From Marsupella aquatica (taxonomy: Eukaryota > Plantae > Marchantiophyta), in the NCBI GenBank assembly GCA_973895155.1, contig OZ316893.1, positions 8,456,963 through 8,520,962 on the forward strand: a stretch of 64,000 nt of DNA. The letters are read 5' to 3'. The notes beneath the pieces are model-generated. The model saw nothing but the letters and a program-made list of their open reading frames with translations, did no database searches and was not told where the DNA came from. This document shows positions 34,187-48,379 of the stretch, one piece after another; position 1 is the stretch's first letter; the number at the start of each line of letters is the position of its first letter. The translations under genes and the position numbers were made by a program.

Positions 34187-37100
34187 CCAGATAGAAAAGT
34201 TGTGTTAAGGTGTCTGACTCCATAGCAGAACTCACTCAATGCCCGTTGGGTTTTCTGTTCCAATCCGTCATGCTGAAGAAATGACTGATGTCTGATTCTT
34301 CAACAGACAACTGGCCGAAAGAAATTTATCTCCTTAAAATTCACACTAAAGTCAAGTATTGAACAATTTTAAGCCCTTGTATTCAATCAATTTTGAAATG
34401 ATTCTGAAACGCAGGTTGAAGAGGGGATAGATTAGACGAGAGCTTGCCACTGTTGGCTAGTGTATACTCCTACCCTGCAATCGATTTCCTTAGAATGTCG
34501 AAAGTGGCAAACAGTATTTGATCCGAGCTTCCTCTGTTATTGTGGCCACTGGTCATTGAAGGCGTTATAAGAACTAAATTTCTTCCTGTCCTGTGATAAT
34601 TGTCAACTTATAGATTATGTCTTAAATCAAGGTCATGATACTATCACTCACACTTTGAACTCAGCTTTGCTCCCAGAACAGTCTACTCTATGACGTGGAC
34701 CCATTGGGCATGCTTTGGGAATAGGGGAAGCCTCAGGCAATGTGTTTGAAGGACAAGAGTTACATTTACGGATAGTCCAATGATTGTCGGAGAGGGAAAA
34801 GTTCTTGTCAATTACTTCACATAAAATAACTGACTGGAGATCCTGTGGCCCCATAAGACAGGAATCAATCATAGACCAGCAAAAAGAAAGAAAGAAATAT
34901 TCATATAGCAGCCATGGGGATTTAAGTTATAGACACCTCCTTTGCAACAGGTGTGACAGAGCTCGACATTGCTAGTCAATGGTAAAACCTGAAGTGAATG
35001 TAAAGATGCAGCTGGCATGGTGACGACAACAAATATTATCGAAACTTGATCATCCAGTCTTGAGGGTGGCTTTAGAAGAAGAGTGAGCGGGGAGGGTGCA
35101 CTTGTGAACTTTTTTCATCAAAGCAAATTGGAGGGCCCCTTCTTACTCTAAACATAGACTCCATACAAACGATCTTTTGAAATGAAATTCAATGAATTCT
35201 GCCTCTTGCTTGCCATGTAGGATTGGTAGACACCAAACATGAGGCCCCTAAATTCTGGTCGAGCCAATTGCATCAATTTCCACTCATTACACAGTCTAGA
35301 TTTAATCTTAATTTGAGGGAATGAAAAGAAGACAAGGTTCCCCGGATGTGTTGTAAAGGCACCAATAGAGAACTCTAGTCTCCTTCTACATTTGGTTTGT
35401 TGTGATCGACCAAATGCAGAATGTGCCCTCAACATCTTGTAAAGTGTTTCTTTGGACCAAGAAGTGGCCCTCTAGTTACGTTTGGTGAAAAGAGTCAAGT
35501 GCTCCAGATGGTGTTGTATAGCTACCCTAAAGCAGCCCTAAATGTCTTGAAAAAATGAATGTAGACTGTGTTAAGCCAACAATTATCCATTTGTGCCGTT
35601 GTTGTGAACCTTTTGTTATGAGGGCCCTAAATTCATTTCAAGTATGACACAAGTGTGACATTGGACATTGTAGCTGGATGGTCTATCTGTTTGGACTACT
35701 ATCTATGGCTTCATTTCTTAGTATGGACTATGCAGTGAAGGACAATCAAGCACAGTTGTCTTCTCTTACAAATCCACACAACAAGTGCAATGGTTTGTAT
35801 ACACAAGCCCCATAAGATGTGCTCTTCTCCATTCTGTTTCATTGCAAGATCTCTAGACTACTATGAGTTAAGATGAGGGTGGGGCATTTGTGGCCAATTG
35901 AATAAAACTAGTTTTAAACAATTCACCAGGTTGTTTGTGCCGCCACTTTGGTTAGTGAAGCCTTTCCAATTATGCATTCACTATCCACATCACTGATTCT
36001 CTACTTCAATCAACTTTTTCCTCCAAAGTCAATGAAGATTGTGTTGCAGACCAATTAGTTCATGGACCCCATCCTCCCATCTGGTTCATATATTACCTGG
36101 AAGATGAAGCCACTTGGATCTCCATATCGGTGTTCATCTTGATTCCCCCTAATTTTGAATCTCTTATGCCTTCATAATAACTGAAGCTAATTGCCCAGAG
36201 CAACTTCAATCTTGGATCTTTTCCATCACGCGCTTCAGTATTTAACTCCTGCTCATCTCCAAATCATTGTCTAACTATAAGTCAGCCATCATTAATATTT
36301 AATTTCTCTAGTTGTCAAATGAGCCTAAGATTGACAGAATTAGTCAAGTAGTAAGGAAATCATAAATTTGTGAAGATCATGAAGTACTAAGATAGATTCT
36401 TTTGGTTTTGCCCCATTGTTTGTTATTGTAGATTTTACTTTCCAATTTTTGGATTATTAACAATTACTGGATGTAACTGTTTGTCCTTGCCTCACATCAA
36501 ACACGAATAGTACGTTGTGGTTGTTTGTTGTTGCAAACATAAACAACTGTGTTTGTGACCAAAATTGCTGTTGTGGTTCCGCGTGTTGCCAGGGATTGTG
36601 GAAGGGACTTCCCATGGGGTCCGGAAACAAATTTTAAAACCTCTTAAGCCAACTTAACAGTTAACCAAAAACCTAGTTTGTAAACAAGTAATTTAGCTCT
36701 TTCTTTCTTTCTCATTGTCTGTTTACCAATTCCCTACAATGTTGTTATTTTGGTGGAAGCCTCCTTGGTCGCTGGATTATGGTCACAACTTTTCCTAATC
36801 ATGTGATGGGCCTAAAAGGTGCACCTTTTTCCCACACTCAACTCATCACTCTCCCGTAGCCCGCACACTCCAGGCCTTGAAGCTAGTTGTTAGGCCAACT
36901 CACCAACCAACTCGCCAACTACCTGTAGTGTCTGGCCATCTTACTTATGTTTGACACCACTTCTATTCAACATCACTTATGATCAACAATATTGTGCAAT
37001 GCATGGGCATTGGGTTAGTGGTAGTGTTAATTGTGGTCTCATATGGGTTTTAATTAACAAATGAGGGTCCCTTTCTAATGGCCCCTCAACTAATATTGTC

Positions 37101-38257
37101 AATACTAGCCTGAATACCCTTGTGTATGCACATGAAAGGATCCCATGCCCATTTCCACTCACAAATATAGTTTAAATATTTAATTCTTTTACTCTTTTAG
37201 ATATTAGAGTTTGGTGTCACTTTATGGAGGTCATGAAAAGTAAAATTGGAATACAGCTTACATTAGAAAATAGAATAGATAAATAAATACATGAAGAAAA
37301 TATGACAGATTCCCCTTAATATTAAGAACCCTTCAACAGATGAAAGCTAAGCCCACATGGACTGAGGGGTTTTTTTTGCCCATCCCCATGGAATGTGACA
37401 CACACTCCTTCACTTTACACCTAAAATCCACATTATTGGGCTATCTTTAGAAGGACTCAGTCTTCACATTTAAGGATGCCACAAGTAGTTCTTCCATGTG
37501 TCTTGACCAACTGAAAAATGCTAGTTTTCAGCAAACTTGTGCATTTATTTGGATAACTTTTTTTTATCTCTGTTTGAGCATGTTCTTTGATGTCCAATCT
37601 ATTACCTGGCAAAGTTTCAATTATTTCTGAAAACATTTGCTCCATCACCAATGAGTGCAAAGATGATCAAATATTATAAACTAATCATCAACAGACACTT
37701 CACTTTTGTGAAGAATGCCCTCAGCACTTGGGCACAAGCACCAACTTACCACTTTGGGATAGGATGCTTCACTTTTGTGAAGCCCGGCCTGAGTAGTCTG
37801 AGTGAGCTGCAACTTACCACCGCGTAAGTGGTCAGGAGCCTGTTTATAGGTCACATATGAATCAAAACTATATAGAGTGCTATCCGAGCAAAGTTTGATT
37901 GTCTGAGTCAGTCCATCCCAGTTTTGGAAATACCCCTGGGTCTATCCAGGCTTTACTTTCCTCAACAGATACGTGTAAAACAAATTAGACGATTCCCCTA
38001 AATCAAAACGAACAACTCAACAAGGCTCAAATAGGAAGAGAGAACGGTACGAGAAACCCGTGGTCAATATTAACCAGGGTTTGATTTTGTCTGAACGGCA
38101 GTCATGCGATGCCGTTATGGGGATTCTGCTCCTACGGTAGATACCAGTATAGGAACAGGCCGCGAGACTACTTGTAGGTACTGCGGGCCAGGGCCAAGGC
38201 CAGGGGCGGGCAGCAGGCGCAGCTGCTGCCCTAGGTTGCTACGTACTATTCTTATGA

Positions 38258-38266
38258 TTAGGGTTT
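38258..38266 (-). promoter_or_regulatory. Telo-box (AAACCCTAA) upstream of the Hsp110 gene
   Basis: TTAGGGTTT on the plus strand, near GGGCC-rich motifs. Confidence 0.35.
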
Positions 38267-38476
38267 GCATTCCGGCGTAAAAAGGCGTCACATGCGAACG
38301 CGGCTGCTGCTCTGCTCCGTCAGCCTATGATAGGCGCAGAGCTGCCTGAGCTCTGACTCACCGACCAGTGGACGGACGGACGGAAACTTCACCGACCGCT
38401 AGACGGACGGACGCACCCTCTACTCTCTAGTCTAGGCAGCCCCTTCAGATTTTCCGTCAGCCCCGATGCCGGACCG

Positions 38477-38586
38477 AGAACTTTCCGGAAGGAAGCTTCA
38501 CGCTTCTTCCGTCGCGGGCGGGAGGGACAGAGAGTCGCAGGCAGGGCTCGCCAGTACTCCAGAACCTCCAGAGTCCAGAACGTTCC
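38477..38586. promoter_or_regulatory. Heat-shock elements of the Hsp110 gene
   Basis: Perfect nGAAnnTTCnnGAAn (AGAACTTTCCGGAAG, 38477-38491), adjacent GAAgcTTC (38492-38499) and GAAcgTTC (38578-38585). Confidence 0.75.
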
Positions 38587-39506
38587 GGGCATCGCTCGTC
38601 CCTGGATCCCGGCGGCATCCGCGGTGAGGTCGCGGTTCGGTGTCGGTCACGGTGCCACGAGTTCCCGGTGAGAGTCTCTCGTGGCAGGCGGGTTCCTGTC
38701 GAGTTGAGAGCCGGGATGTCGTCGCCGAGGCATGTAGCCTGTCCGCCGGCCGGTTATGGGTCACCGGGAATGGACTCATGCAGGGAAAGGACAAAGGGCC
38801 ATACGAAGGGGGAGACGGGCGGGATTTTGGTTTTTGGGGAGTTTGGTGTTTGCGTCGTCGGAGAAACGTACTGTAGTTTTGGCGCAGGGAGAGCGCGGAG
38901 AGCTCCGAGCTCGAACGCTTCGTTCGTTTGGCTCGTAAGCTCATTATCTTGGTGGATTGTTCGTAGGTTTGGTTTAGTCTGGTTGTAGTAGTTTTGGTTC
39001 GTTGCGGTCGTGCGGTGCGGTGCGGTGTGGTGTGGTGTGGCTCCTTTGTGAAGGAGGAGGAGGAGGACGAGAGGGAGCTGGAGCACGGCGGGCAAGCTCA
39101 CAACTGAAACTGCTACGACGACCAATAGACGGATCACTACAGTCCTGTGGGTGGAGTGAAGTGATTGATTTACGAGCGAGAGAAGGGCTTGCGCGATTGA
39201 TTGAGGGAGGAGGAGCTGAGGAAGCGAAGGAAAGGTGAGACGGAGGAGGAGGGAAGGAACGGAGGAAGACGGACGTGGTGCGGGTTGGGGTGTGAGAGGT
39301 ATGTGAAGGAAAAAGTAGTAGGCTGGAAGGGCGCAAGTGAGCAGCAGCGAAAGGGAATTTGTAGAGTGTTCGGGCGGACATCTGTTTGGGAAGGAGTTTT
39401 TAGGCAGAAGAGAGAGAGGTGAGTGGAGAGGAGAGAGAGAGAGAGGGCGGAGAGCTACCGGTATTACTCAAAAGTGCGACGGAAGTAGTGCAGAGAGGGA
39501 GGCAAG

Positions 39507-42500
39507 ATGAGCGTGGTGGGGTTAGATGTGGGTAACGAGAACTGCATTGTAGGAGTAGCGAGGCAGAGAGGCATAGATGTGGTGCTCAACGATGAGAGCA
39601 AGCGGGAGACACCAGGCATGGTGTCCTTCTCAGAGAAGCAGAGGTTTCTTGGAACAGCGGCGTCCGGGGCAGCGACTATGAACCCCAAGAACACGATTTC
39701 GCAGATCAAGCGGCTGATTGGGAGGAAATTTCATGATCCCGAAGTGCAAAAGGATCTGCAACTTTTTCCGTTCAGTGTCACCGAAGGCCCCGACGGAAGC
39801 CCCTTGATTAACGTCCAATACTTGAACGAGTCTAGAAGCTTCACTCCGACTCAGATTCTTGCGATGGTTCTATCAAATCTTAAGGTCATCGCCGAGAAGA
39901 ACCTCGGGACGTCTGTTGTGGATTGTGTAATTGGTATTCCAGTCTTCTTCACGGAGCTACAGCGCCGCGCGTACCTGGATGCCGCAGATATTGCCGGTCT
40001 TCATCCGCTACGTCTCATGCATGAGACTACAGCCACCGCCCTCGCTTATGGTATTTACAAAACAGACCTGCCAGAGACCGATCCAATCAATGTTGTATTT
40101 GTGGATGTCGGACATGCGAGTATGCAAGTCTGCGTAGTCGCCTTCAAGAAAGGGCAGCTCAAGGTATTGGGATCGTCCTTCGATCGGTCCCTTGGAGGCC
40201 GGGACTTCGATGAGGTTCTCTTTAACTACTTCGCAGATAAGTTCGCGGACGAGTACAAGATGGATGTGAGATCGAGCCCCCGGGCTTGCCAGCGGCTTCG
40301 TACGTCGTGTGAGAAGGTGAAGAAAATTCTCAGTGCGAATGCAGAGGCCCCCCTTAATATTGAATGTCTCATGGACGAGAAGGATGTTAGAGGATTCATT
40401 AAACGGGACGAGTTTGAGCGAATGGCGGCCCCAATTTTGGAGCGGGTGAAGGGCCCCTGCGAGAGGGCTCTGGCGGAATCCAAATTGACCATCGACAAGA
40501 TCAGCTCTGTGGAAGTAGTAGGATCTGGGTCTCGAGTCCTGTCACTACTGAAAATTGTGGCCGCTTTCTTCGGCAAGGAACCTGGACGTACACTTAATGC
40601 CAGTGAGTGTATTGCCCGTGGATGCGCCTTACAGTGTGCGATGCTGAGCCCTACTTTCAGGGTCCGAGAGTTCGAGGTACGGTACTCATCTCCCGTCTGG
40701 TTTCTCTCCTTGATTTTGTGTAATTTTAGTTAGGCAGCACGATTTTATCCTCATCGGGTTTTTTAACCTAGCAGAGCTAAGGAAGTCTCGTGATACCCTG
40801 TAATGTCCTGGACACGAGTAACTGCCGTCTCTGATCTATGTTTGTTTTGCATTAGGTGCAAGATTCATACCCCTTCCCCATTGCCCTATCTTGGAAGGGT
40901 TCTGCGCCAGAGTCGGATACAGGTGACGAGACATCTTCCAACAGCGTAGTTTTTGTGAAGGGGAATACACTGCCTTCTACAAAAATGCTAACGTTTTTCA
41001 GATCGGGTACTTTCACCATTGATGCCTTGTACGCTGACACAAGTGAATTGCCCCCGGGCACGCCTACGAAGATTAGTTCGTTTCAGGTGCGGATTCCCAG
41101 GCCGAAGTCCTTTCATGAATGCAGTGTTGGTTCAATTTAAAGTCATCCACTACTGGTTGTCTATGTCAGGCACGAAAGGTTTCTGTAACCTGGAAAATGT
41201 GTCGGTAGTGAATGTCCTGAAATTGGCGGTTGTAAATGTGCTGCCGCCTGCAAGGTGGTTTGACGAGATTTTCGGTCAATATGTTCGTTTTTTATCGTAG
41301 GAAATATGTTCTATCGTTTTAAAGCTAACGTGTCGTAGTACAGCTTGTCGTGATCAATTGGGATTCTTATATTTTCTTTTCTTCAGTTGACATTTTTAAG
41401 GCTTGTGGGAGTATGTCGCCCTAAGTAGAATACAAATAATATCACGTTCGTTTACTTTTCTAGAAAGTCCTCCGCCTTAGAACGTTAAGGTGACCAAGCA
41501 ACGGATAGGGTAATGGCAGTGTGTCCTCCTGGAAATCGCAATGTGTTCAAGTTTTGAGCGCAATTTTTAATGTTCCACCCTCCCTCGTCGGTTTACAGAT
41601 TGGGCCTTTCAGTCCTTCGAAGCCCACTGAGAAAGGCAAACTGAAGGTCAAAATCCGCTTGAATCTGCACGGCATTCTCTCAGTTGAATCGAGCACAGTA
41701 AGTGATATCTGGGGCCATATTTTTAATTACAGAAATACCTGTTGTCTTTTTACTTACACGTGGGCATCCTTTCATCGAATTCTGGAACTGAATCCCTATA
41801 CAAGATCTGTTGTACTTCGTAATCAAGGCTGGGTCTTTTGCAGCTCATTGAGGAGGAAGAGGTGGAAGTTTCCCAGGTCAAAGAAGCCACCCAAGAGACG
41901 AAGGAAGCAATGGATACAGATGGACAGCCTGGTGATGCGAAAATGGAAGAGGCCGACGTTCAAGCAACAGATGGAGTCACTGAGAATGGTGTTCCAACTG
42001 ATGAGAAGCCCACAAAGATGGAGACTGAACCAGCCAAGGTTGGATAGTAAACCCTTGGGGCCTACTCTGCCTTTTAACTCTGCTCTTTCTTTTCACCACC
42101 GAGGATTCCGTAATCTGCTTTTGGCACGATATTTGTACTGGTGTGTGACTCAGATTTCACTACTAATATCTGATGAACTGTTCTCATTTTCCCTGGTTAT
42201 CCTCGTCAAGAATGGAGGTGTGACTGTTGGACAGGCAGAACTCGTCCATTTCACTCACAGCACCTCAGACGATGAAACGGATGCTTTCTATTATGCGGGT
42301 TCTAGTATGTGGTCGCCACAGCTCTGACGGTGGTCTTATTTCGTTGTTCGCTGTGCAGCCGGAGGTCAGTAAGAAGAAGAAAACTAAAAGGACAGAGGTT
42401 CCTGTGCATGAGATCGTACTGGGAGGAATGCCAGCTCCTGAATTGCAGAAAGCACAGGAGAAGGAATATGAAATGGCTCTTCAAGATCGTGTAATGGAAG

Positions 42501-43921
42501 AGACCAAGGATAGGAAGAATGCTGTGGAGGCTTATGTTTATGATATGAGGAATAAGGTAAAGTACATTTGAAGCATATGACAATGTTTTTTCATGAGGGG
42601 GAAGCGCGGAAGGATTCTGTGTCGTGTTGTGGGGCCGTAACAGTTGTCTTGCAGTTGGTGAGTTGTCGAATTGTTTGTCTTCTGGTTTTAATAACTTTTG
42701 TTTGGACTTTGGTCCTTCGAACTGGTTGTTCTTGCAGTTGTATGATAAACTTGCAGACTACGTAACTGAGCAAGAAAGAGAAGAGCTTACTGGAAAGCTG
42801 CAGCAGACTGAGGACTGGCTGTATGAGGACGGGGAAGATGAAATCAAAAGTGTTTATGTTGCCAAGCTTTCGGAATTAAAGAAGGCACGTTCCATACTGT
42901 GTGCAGCACGTCACTTTTCTGGTTGTCTTTTGTGTTCATCGTGTCTATGTCTACTCGGCAATGACAAGCTTTTGAGTAGTTATTGGATGATTGAGCCCCT
43001 CAAGGTCTGAATATATTCCTTTTAATGGCTTCAGCTTGGAGATCCTATCGATGAAAGACAAAGAGAGGAGGAGCTTCGTGGCCCGGCAGTGTTGGAATTG
43101 CGCTATTGCATTAATAGCTTCCGCGAAGCTGCGCAGTCTAAAGACCCAAAGTACGACCACATTGACGTTGCAGAGAAGGGAAAGGTACAGCACATTCTGC
43201 ACCTCGTATGTTCGATCACGTAACTGGCAGTGTTGTCACTCGAGTGATTTAAGGACCCTTCAATTTCATTGCTTTCTACACTTAAGTTATGCCTCTCATT
43301 TCTGGTGGTCTGCAGGTTGTTGCCGAATGTAACAAGGCAGAAGACTGGCTGAAGGAAAAGAAACAACTACAAGACCCTTTGCCCAAAGCTGCAAATCCTG
43401 CATTTTATGCTTCTGACATAAAGAAGAAGACCGAAGTTTTGGATCGGTGAGTGATTTTTGTGCATTTAACATGGATATTCCGTCAAAGTGGCTGGTAGTG
43501 AAGGTGCTGCAAATTTGCCACTGAGAAATGATGTCGCATAGAATAAACATTAGACAGTCCGGCACGTAAATGTTGTCAGTGCTTTATTTGTATGATGAGA
43601 GGATGTGATCTCCGAGTGCATCGCTATCTCAGAAAGAGTTATGTTGTGTTTCTTGGAGGAACTGATTTGTTGTGGTGTTCAGGGAAATTGTTCTAATTGT
43701 TTCTCATTTGATGTATGGACAGGTTTTGTAAGCCGATAATGACTAAATCTAGGCCACCGCCCCCCAAGCCTGCTCCTTCCCAACCTGAACCCAAAGCAGC
43801 TGAGGCAAAGGATCATCCTAGTCCAGCAAATGGGTCTGCGCCTGGAGCAGAAGTACCCCCCAGAGAGCCTATGGATACCGAAACTCCTTCCCAGGAGACG
43901 GAGACAATGCAGACAGAATGA
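39507..43921 (+). CDS. HSP110: Hsp110/SSE-subfamily Hsp70 (Arabidopsis HSP70-14/15-like), 9 exons, 839 aa
   Basis: MSVVGLDVGNENC...GIDVVLNDESKRETP...KDRKNAVEAYVYDMRNK. Exons 39507-40676, 40856-41086, 41599-41697, 41844-42038, 42359-42556, 42738-42884, 43035-43184, 43316-43446 and 43723-43921 total 2520 nt in frame. Confidence 0.95.
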
Positions 43922-45499
43922 ACATTTACTGAGTTCAGGAGATAGGAAAATTACGGAACTTTTATCGATGCCAAGTTGTAGACCGCGGAATTCAAGATTT
44001 GATTTTGGGCATCACTCTGATGGGGCCACAGATCTACCCTTGTTAGCAACTTGCCTTTCTTGTTATTACTCATCTTCATTCTTCCCCTCCTTTCTGGTAA
44101 TTCTAAAGGGGAAGGGGTAACCTGCAGCAGCATACTCTTTTACTAGTGTGACTGGTGTAGCTATCTGTTCACGTGTTTAGTAGTAGGACTAATGTTAACT
44201 GGGAGCTGCACATGCGACAGCGGTATTTATGGTTGTCTTAAAGGCGCGTTAACTGTCTCGTTCTGCTCTATGAGGGGCTCTGGATACCTTATCCAGGTAG
44301 ACCCCAGCAGATGCACGAGTACCACAGGGATGAGATGACACATTTGTAGGTAGTAGAAACAGACCAAGAATAAGTTGTGACTAATCGGAGTTCGATTCTG
44401 ATTAGTCTCCACTTGTCTCCTGAGTTCCAATCTATGGTATCTGCTCCCTGCAAGGTGGCTTGGCTGGGTTGGGTGTTAATATTTATAGAGCAGCCAATTG
44501 TTTTGGTACATACGAAGTTTGCCTATCATCCTAGATCCTGCAATGGTTCCAGTGGTTTTATTTCTCCTTGCAGGTTTGAAGCTCTGCCGGTGTTATCAAC
44601 ATTATCGGTGTTCAAACAGGAAGGATATCCCACGTGGTTGGCTTGCCTGATTGTCTCAGGGTTTGTTCTCAGGGTTGTGTTCCTTAGCCTTAGTCTTTCC
44701 CTTTTTGCTCAGTTTGAGGTCAATTATTGCCTAGATATGACAATTTAATTTCACCAGTTTCGCACTTCGACAGTCTTCTCACCGGTACTGCAGTTACTCT
44801 GCGCACATTTCCTTCTTGGCGAATTTTCGAAGTCCCCTCCATATTTGTCAGGTCAGGTCAGGTGGCCTCATCCAATGCAATATCATACCCTGTGCTGAGT
44901 GTGTACCCTTAACCTTAATTTTAGCTCACTTGAAAATACTCTTCTAACCACTCAATTCTCTCTGAGCAAGGTCCTTCGAATGTTTATCCTTTGTTTGTTG
45001 TAGTAGATGTTCCATTGTCATTGGAAAGAAGAAGTGTACCTAATGTCTACTGATCTTTGCCCCCATCCCTCTGCTCTGTCTGCATTTGATTACATTCAAA
45101 AGTCCAAATCTTGTCCTTTCTGCCTCTGGTTGTAGCCAGTGACAAATTCCTGAGAGAGGACATGAAATTATCTGTTCACACACTCCGGACCCGTGACCCG
45201 TGATTAAAACTATTCAAGTATTCCCTAGAGAAAAGAGACGGACATGAAAATGTGTGTTCACACACTGCTTTCCCGTGACCAAAATGTTTCGTGAGGGAAA
45301 AGAGAGAAGAGGCGTACATGCAAATGTGTTCATACAGTACCCGTGACCAAAATTGATGGTTTGGGGTTCCATTTTTTGCGTTTGTGATTTGAGACTCCTT
45401 GATCTTTGCCCCCATACCAGTTTTTCTGTGTATTTCCAGGTTTGAGGTTTCACTCTAAAGAGTAGGCCGAAGAATCTCCTTTAATAGCCCAGAGGGTTC

Positions 45500-46060
45500 A
45501 TTTCATCTTTGGCCCCATTACCCTCATCTTTGCCGCCATTACCCTCTTTCAGTTATGTTCTGGGCCCCATCACCTTCCCGGGTTCCCATCTTTGGCCCCA
45601 TTACCCCTCTTTGCCCCCATTACCCTCATCGTTGCCGCCATTACCGTCTCTTTCAATTAAGTTCTGAGAGTCACAATTGTCTAAACAGTAGGCCCATGAA
45701 TCGCCTTTGATTCCTATTTTACACTTAATCTGTTCAAGCAGTAGGCCCAGGCATAGCCTTGGATTGCTGCCATGGATTGCTGCCATTTATGCAATGGATA
45801 GGTTTCATTCCAAACAGTAGGCGGCCTAGAGAATAGCTTTTGATTGCTATCATATACTCGATAGATAGATAAATTGATAAATAGATCTGAGACTTTTGAT
45901 TGTTATGATATACTCAATAGGTAGCTAAATCAGAGAAGTTTTGCCTCTATTGTTAAATAGATGTATCAGAGACTGTTGATGGTTATGATATGATCAACAG
46001 GTAGACAGTCGGAGAAATTTGCTCTAGGCAGTAGTCCCAGAAATGGCTTTGATTGTTATT
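45500..46060. repeat. Degenerate minisatellites (TTGGCCCCATTACCCTC and ...CTTTGATTGTTAT units)
   Basis: About 6 copies of CCATTACC(C)TC in 45510-45650, and recurring TTGATTG(C/T)TAT units in 45690-46060. Confidence 0.6.
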
Positions 46061-47357
46061 CGATATTTAAAGATTAGTTGCTGATGAAAATTGACGAATG
46101 GGTTTTTGTGTACTTCTTTGATATTGGGGCAATTTGCAAATCTTTCTGGTGTTCCTAACAGTTGGGACTCCACTCGTCCACTTTTCTTGCCTGATGTCCT
46201 TGTCCCCAAAGGTTCTGGTCTACTCTTGTAAGCCCAGCACCTTTCACTGTCTTCTCCCGTAGTTAAGAGCCGTCCTGCATGTATGTGGTTCTGTCACTAT
46301 TGTATTTTGGTACTTAAAAGTCCTGATGATAGAGTTCCAATTAAAATGGAAATGTGAAAGACATTTACCAGCCAATCAGAAATATCTGTTAACCAATGAC
46401 ACCGAACTGACTCTTACCTTCTAAAGTTTCATCTAAATCAGTTAAAGCTAGGATAACCAAATTAATTAGGCGAACAGATTACATGTGTCCCATGATATCA
46501 CAAATTTTGAATTAGGTCTACTTATAGTCCTTTGATTTCAGATGAATGCCATCAACTATGCACTCAGAGTGCCTAGTGCAAATTCATGGACCTTGGCTTC
46601 CCATTGTGTGTATTAGTTCACACTAGGCTATTATTGTTTTAAATTGTGTGTTATTGAGGATAGGGAGGAGCTGAGCCATTTTTTAGGGTGTTTTGATAAG
46701 ACGGGGGTGGGTTGATTTTTCACGTATGGCATGAAAGAAACTAATTTTCTAAGGAAGAGGAGGTTTCGGATATGCATTTTGACAAGATTGGAGAGGGGAA
46801 CCAAGACATGGGAAAATAACTCACCTTTTAAGGTTAAGCATAAGGAGTAGAGGGAGGAGGTGAAGGAGGGAGTGCCTGTGAAAATGCATTTTGATTGAAA
46901 TAGCAAAATAATGCTCATTTTTCAACCAGCATTGCCGGAAGTAATGTTGTGAGCTATCCCTTTTAAAAACCATCTTATGGTATTAGGGGAAGGGTCAAAA
47001 CAGGAAAATGTTAAAATTGATAGGAAAAGCTGGATCTCTTCCCCCAATATATAGCATGTTCATCTTGGAACATGCCTCTTTTTGTATGTAATTCATATAA
47101 TTTATTATGATAAATGAAGAGAGTAGATGTAAAGTACATGCCAAGAAAATAAATCTGTTAATTAAGAGTGAATGAGATAATACCCAAAACCATAAGTACA
47201 ATAATACACAAAATCATAAATATGTAAAAAGAAAAGCATATGACCAGGAAAGTGCCTTAGGAAGAGCTGTGCACATAACCTGGTACATATTTTCACTTGC
47301 TTCTAGCTAATGACACTCAACTCCGTTAAAACCATACATTTTGTAAGGAAACCATGA

Positions 47358-47640
47358 GGGGGACTTAGTACACCCAAAATTATTTCTCTCACTCTCATAA
47401 TAAAAGATAGAATTCACTAAGGAGTGAGATTAAACATTTATGAGGGAAACCAAAATAAATTCAAAAAACTCTAAGTGAACTAAAATTAAAATGGGTCCAA
47501 AAATTGATTAAAAAACTAATTAATACAAATGATTATCACCTTGTTAGGGCACATTAAATCAAAATACTGGACACAAAATCTGAAGAAGTCAAACCATGAA
47601 AATTGGATCCACCATATAGCAGTGTCAAAAATAGTCCCCC
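47358..47640. mobile_element. Candidate MITE (~283 bp)
   Basis: Termini GGGGGACT...AGTCCCCC, AT-rich interior, flanks AACCATGA / AACCATCC resembling a degenerate 8-bp TSD. Confidence 0.45.
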
Positions 47641-48379
47641 AACCATCCAGAGCAGAAATGAAATTTCTTTACCTTTTTTAGGGGCGTGCGTGATGACCGG
47701 TGCCAATTTTCTGATGGGATGGCCTTTGCTGTCCTTGGGAAAATTATAATGTTGTTACAGGCAAACAGGAAGAATAGGCATGGGAGCCAGGGAGAACCTG
47801 AGAATAAACCCTAAAGGACTCTCTCCATGATAAGAGACACTTCAAAAAACCAATCAACAAAATAACAAAATGTATATTTTGGCATGGACAGACATCTAAT
47901 ATTGTTCAGGTCGGCTCTCAGTGCACTCGCAAGGATCAATCCATCTTTGCTGATGCTGGAGACAATAGGATGGTTAGCCCTTTGTCCATCATTATCTTAT
48001 TGTCTGATATACTAGAAAAACACAAAGCATCAAATCCAAACCTATTTAGTAACCCTTACAGCCAAATGAAGACTTTAAACAACTGTGTGTCTTGCTTTGT
48101 GTTCTGCCTGTATGGGGCACAATAAATAGGTGTTGGTTAAAGCCAAGTCTAAAAAACATATGCTGATTTAAAAGCAAGGATGGTTAGTATACTATCACCC
48201 AAACATGGATCTTACTTGAGGGTCTTTTCAGGGTTTCCCCTGGCTTCGTGATGTTCTGCTGTTGTTGGAGTTAGTTTTCTCAGGTTCGGTTTCTCCGTTT
48301 TTCCAAAAAGAAAAATAGAATTGAGAGGAAAAGGAAACACAAGCACAATGTTGAAGTAGCTACAACTAAGCTAGAATGG

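Noticed and set aside
38389-39422. Many short ORFs upstream of Hsp110
   Set aside because: GC-rich promoter/UTR with low-complexity translations.
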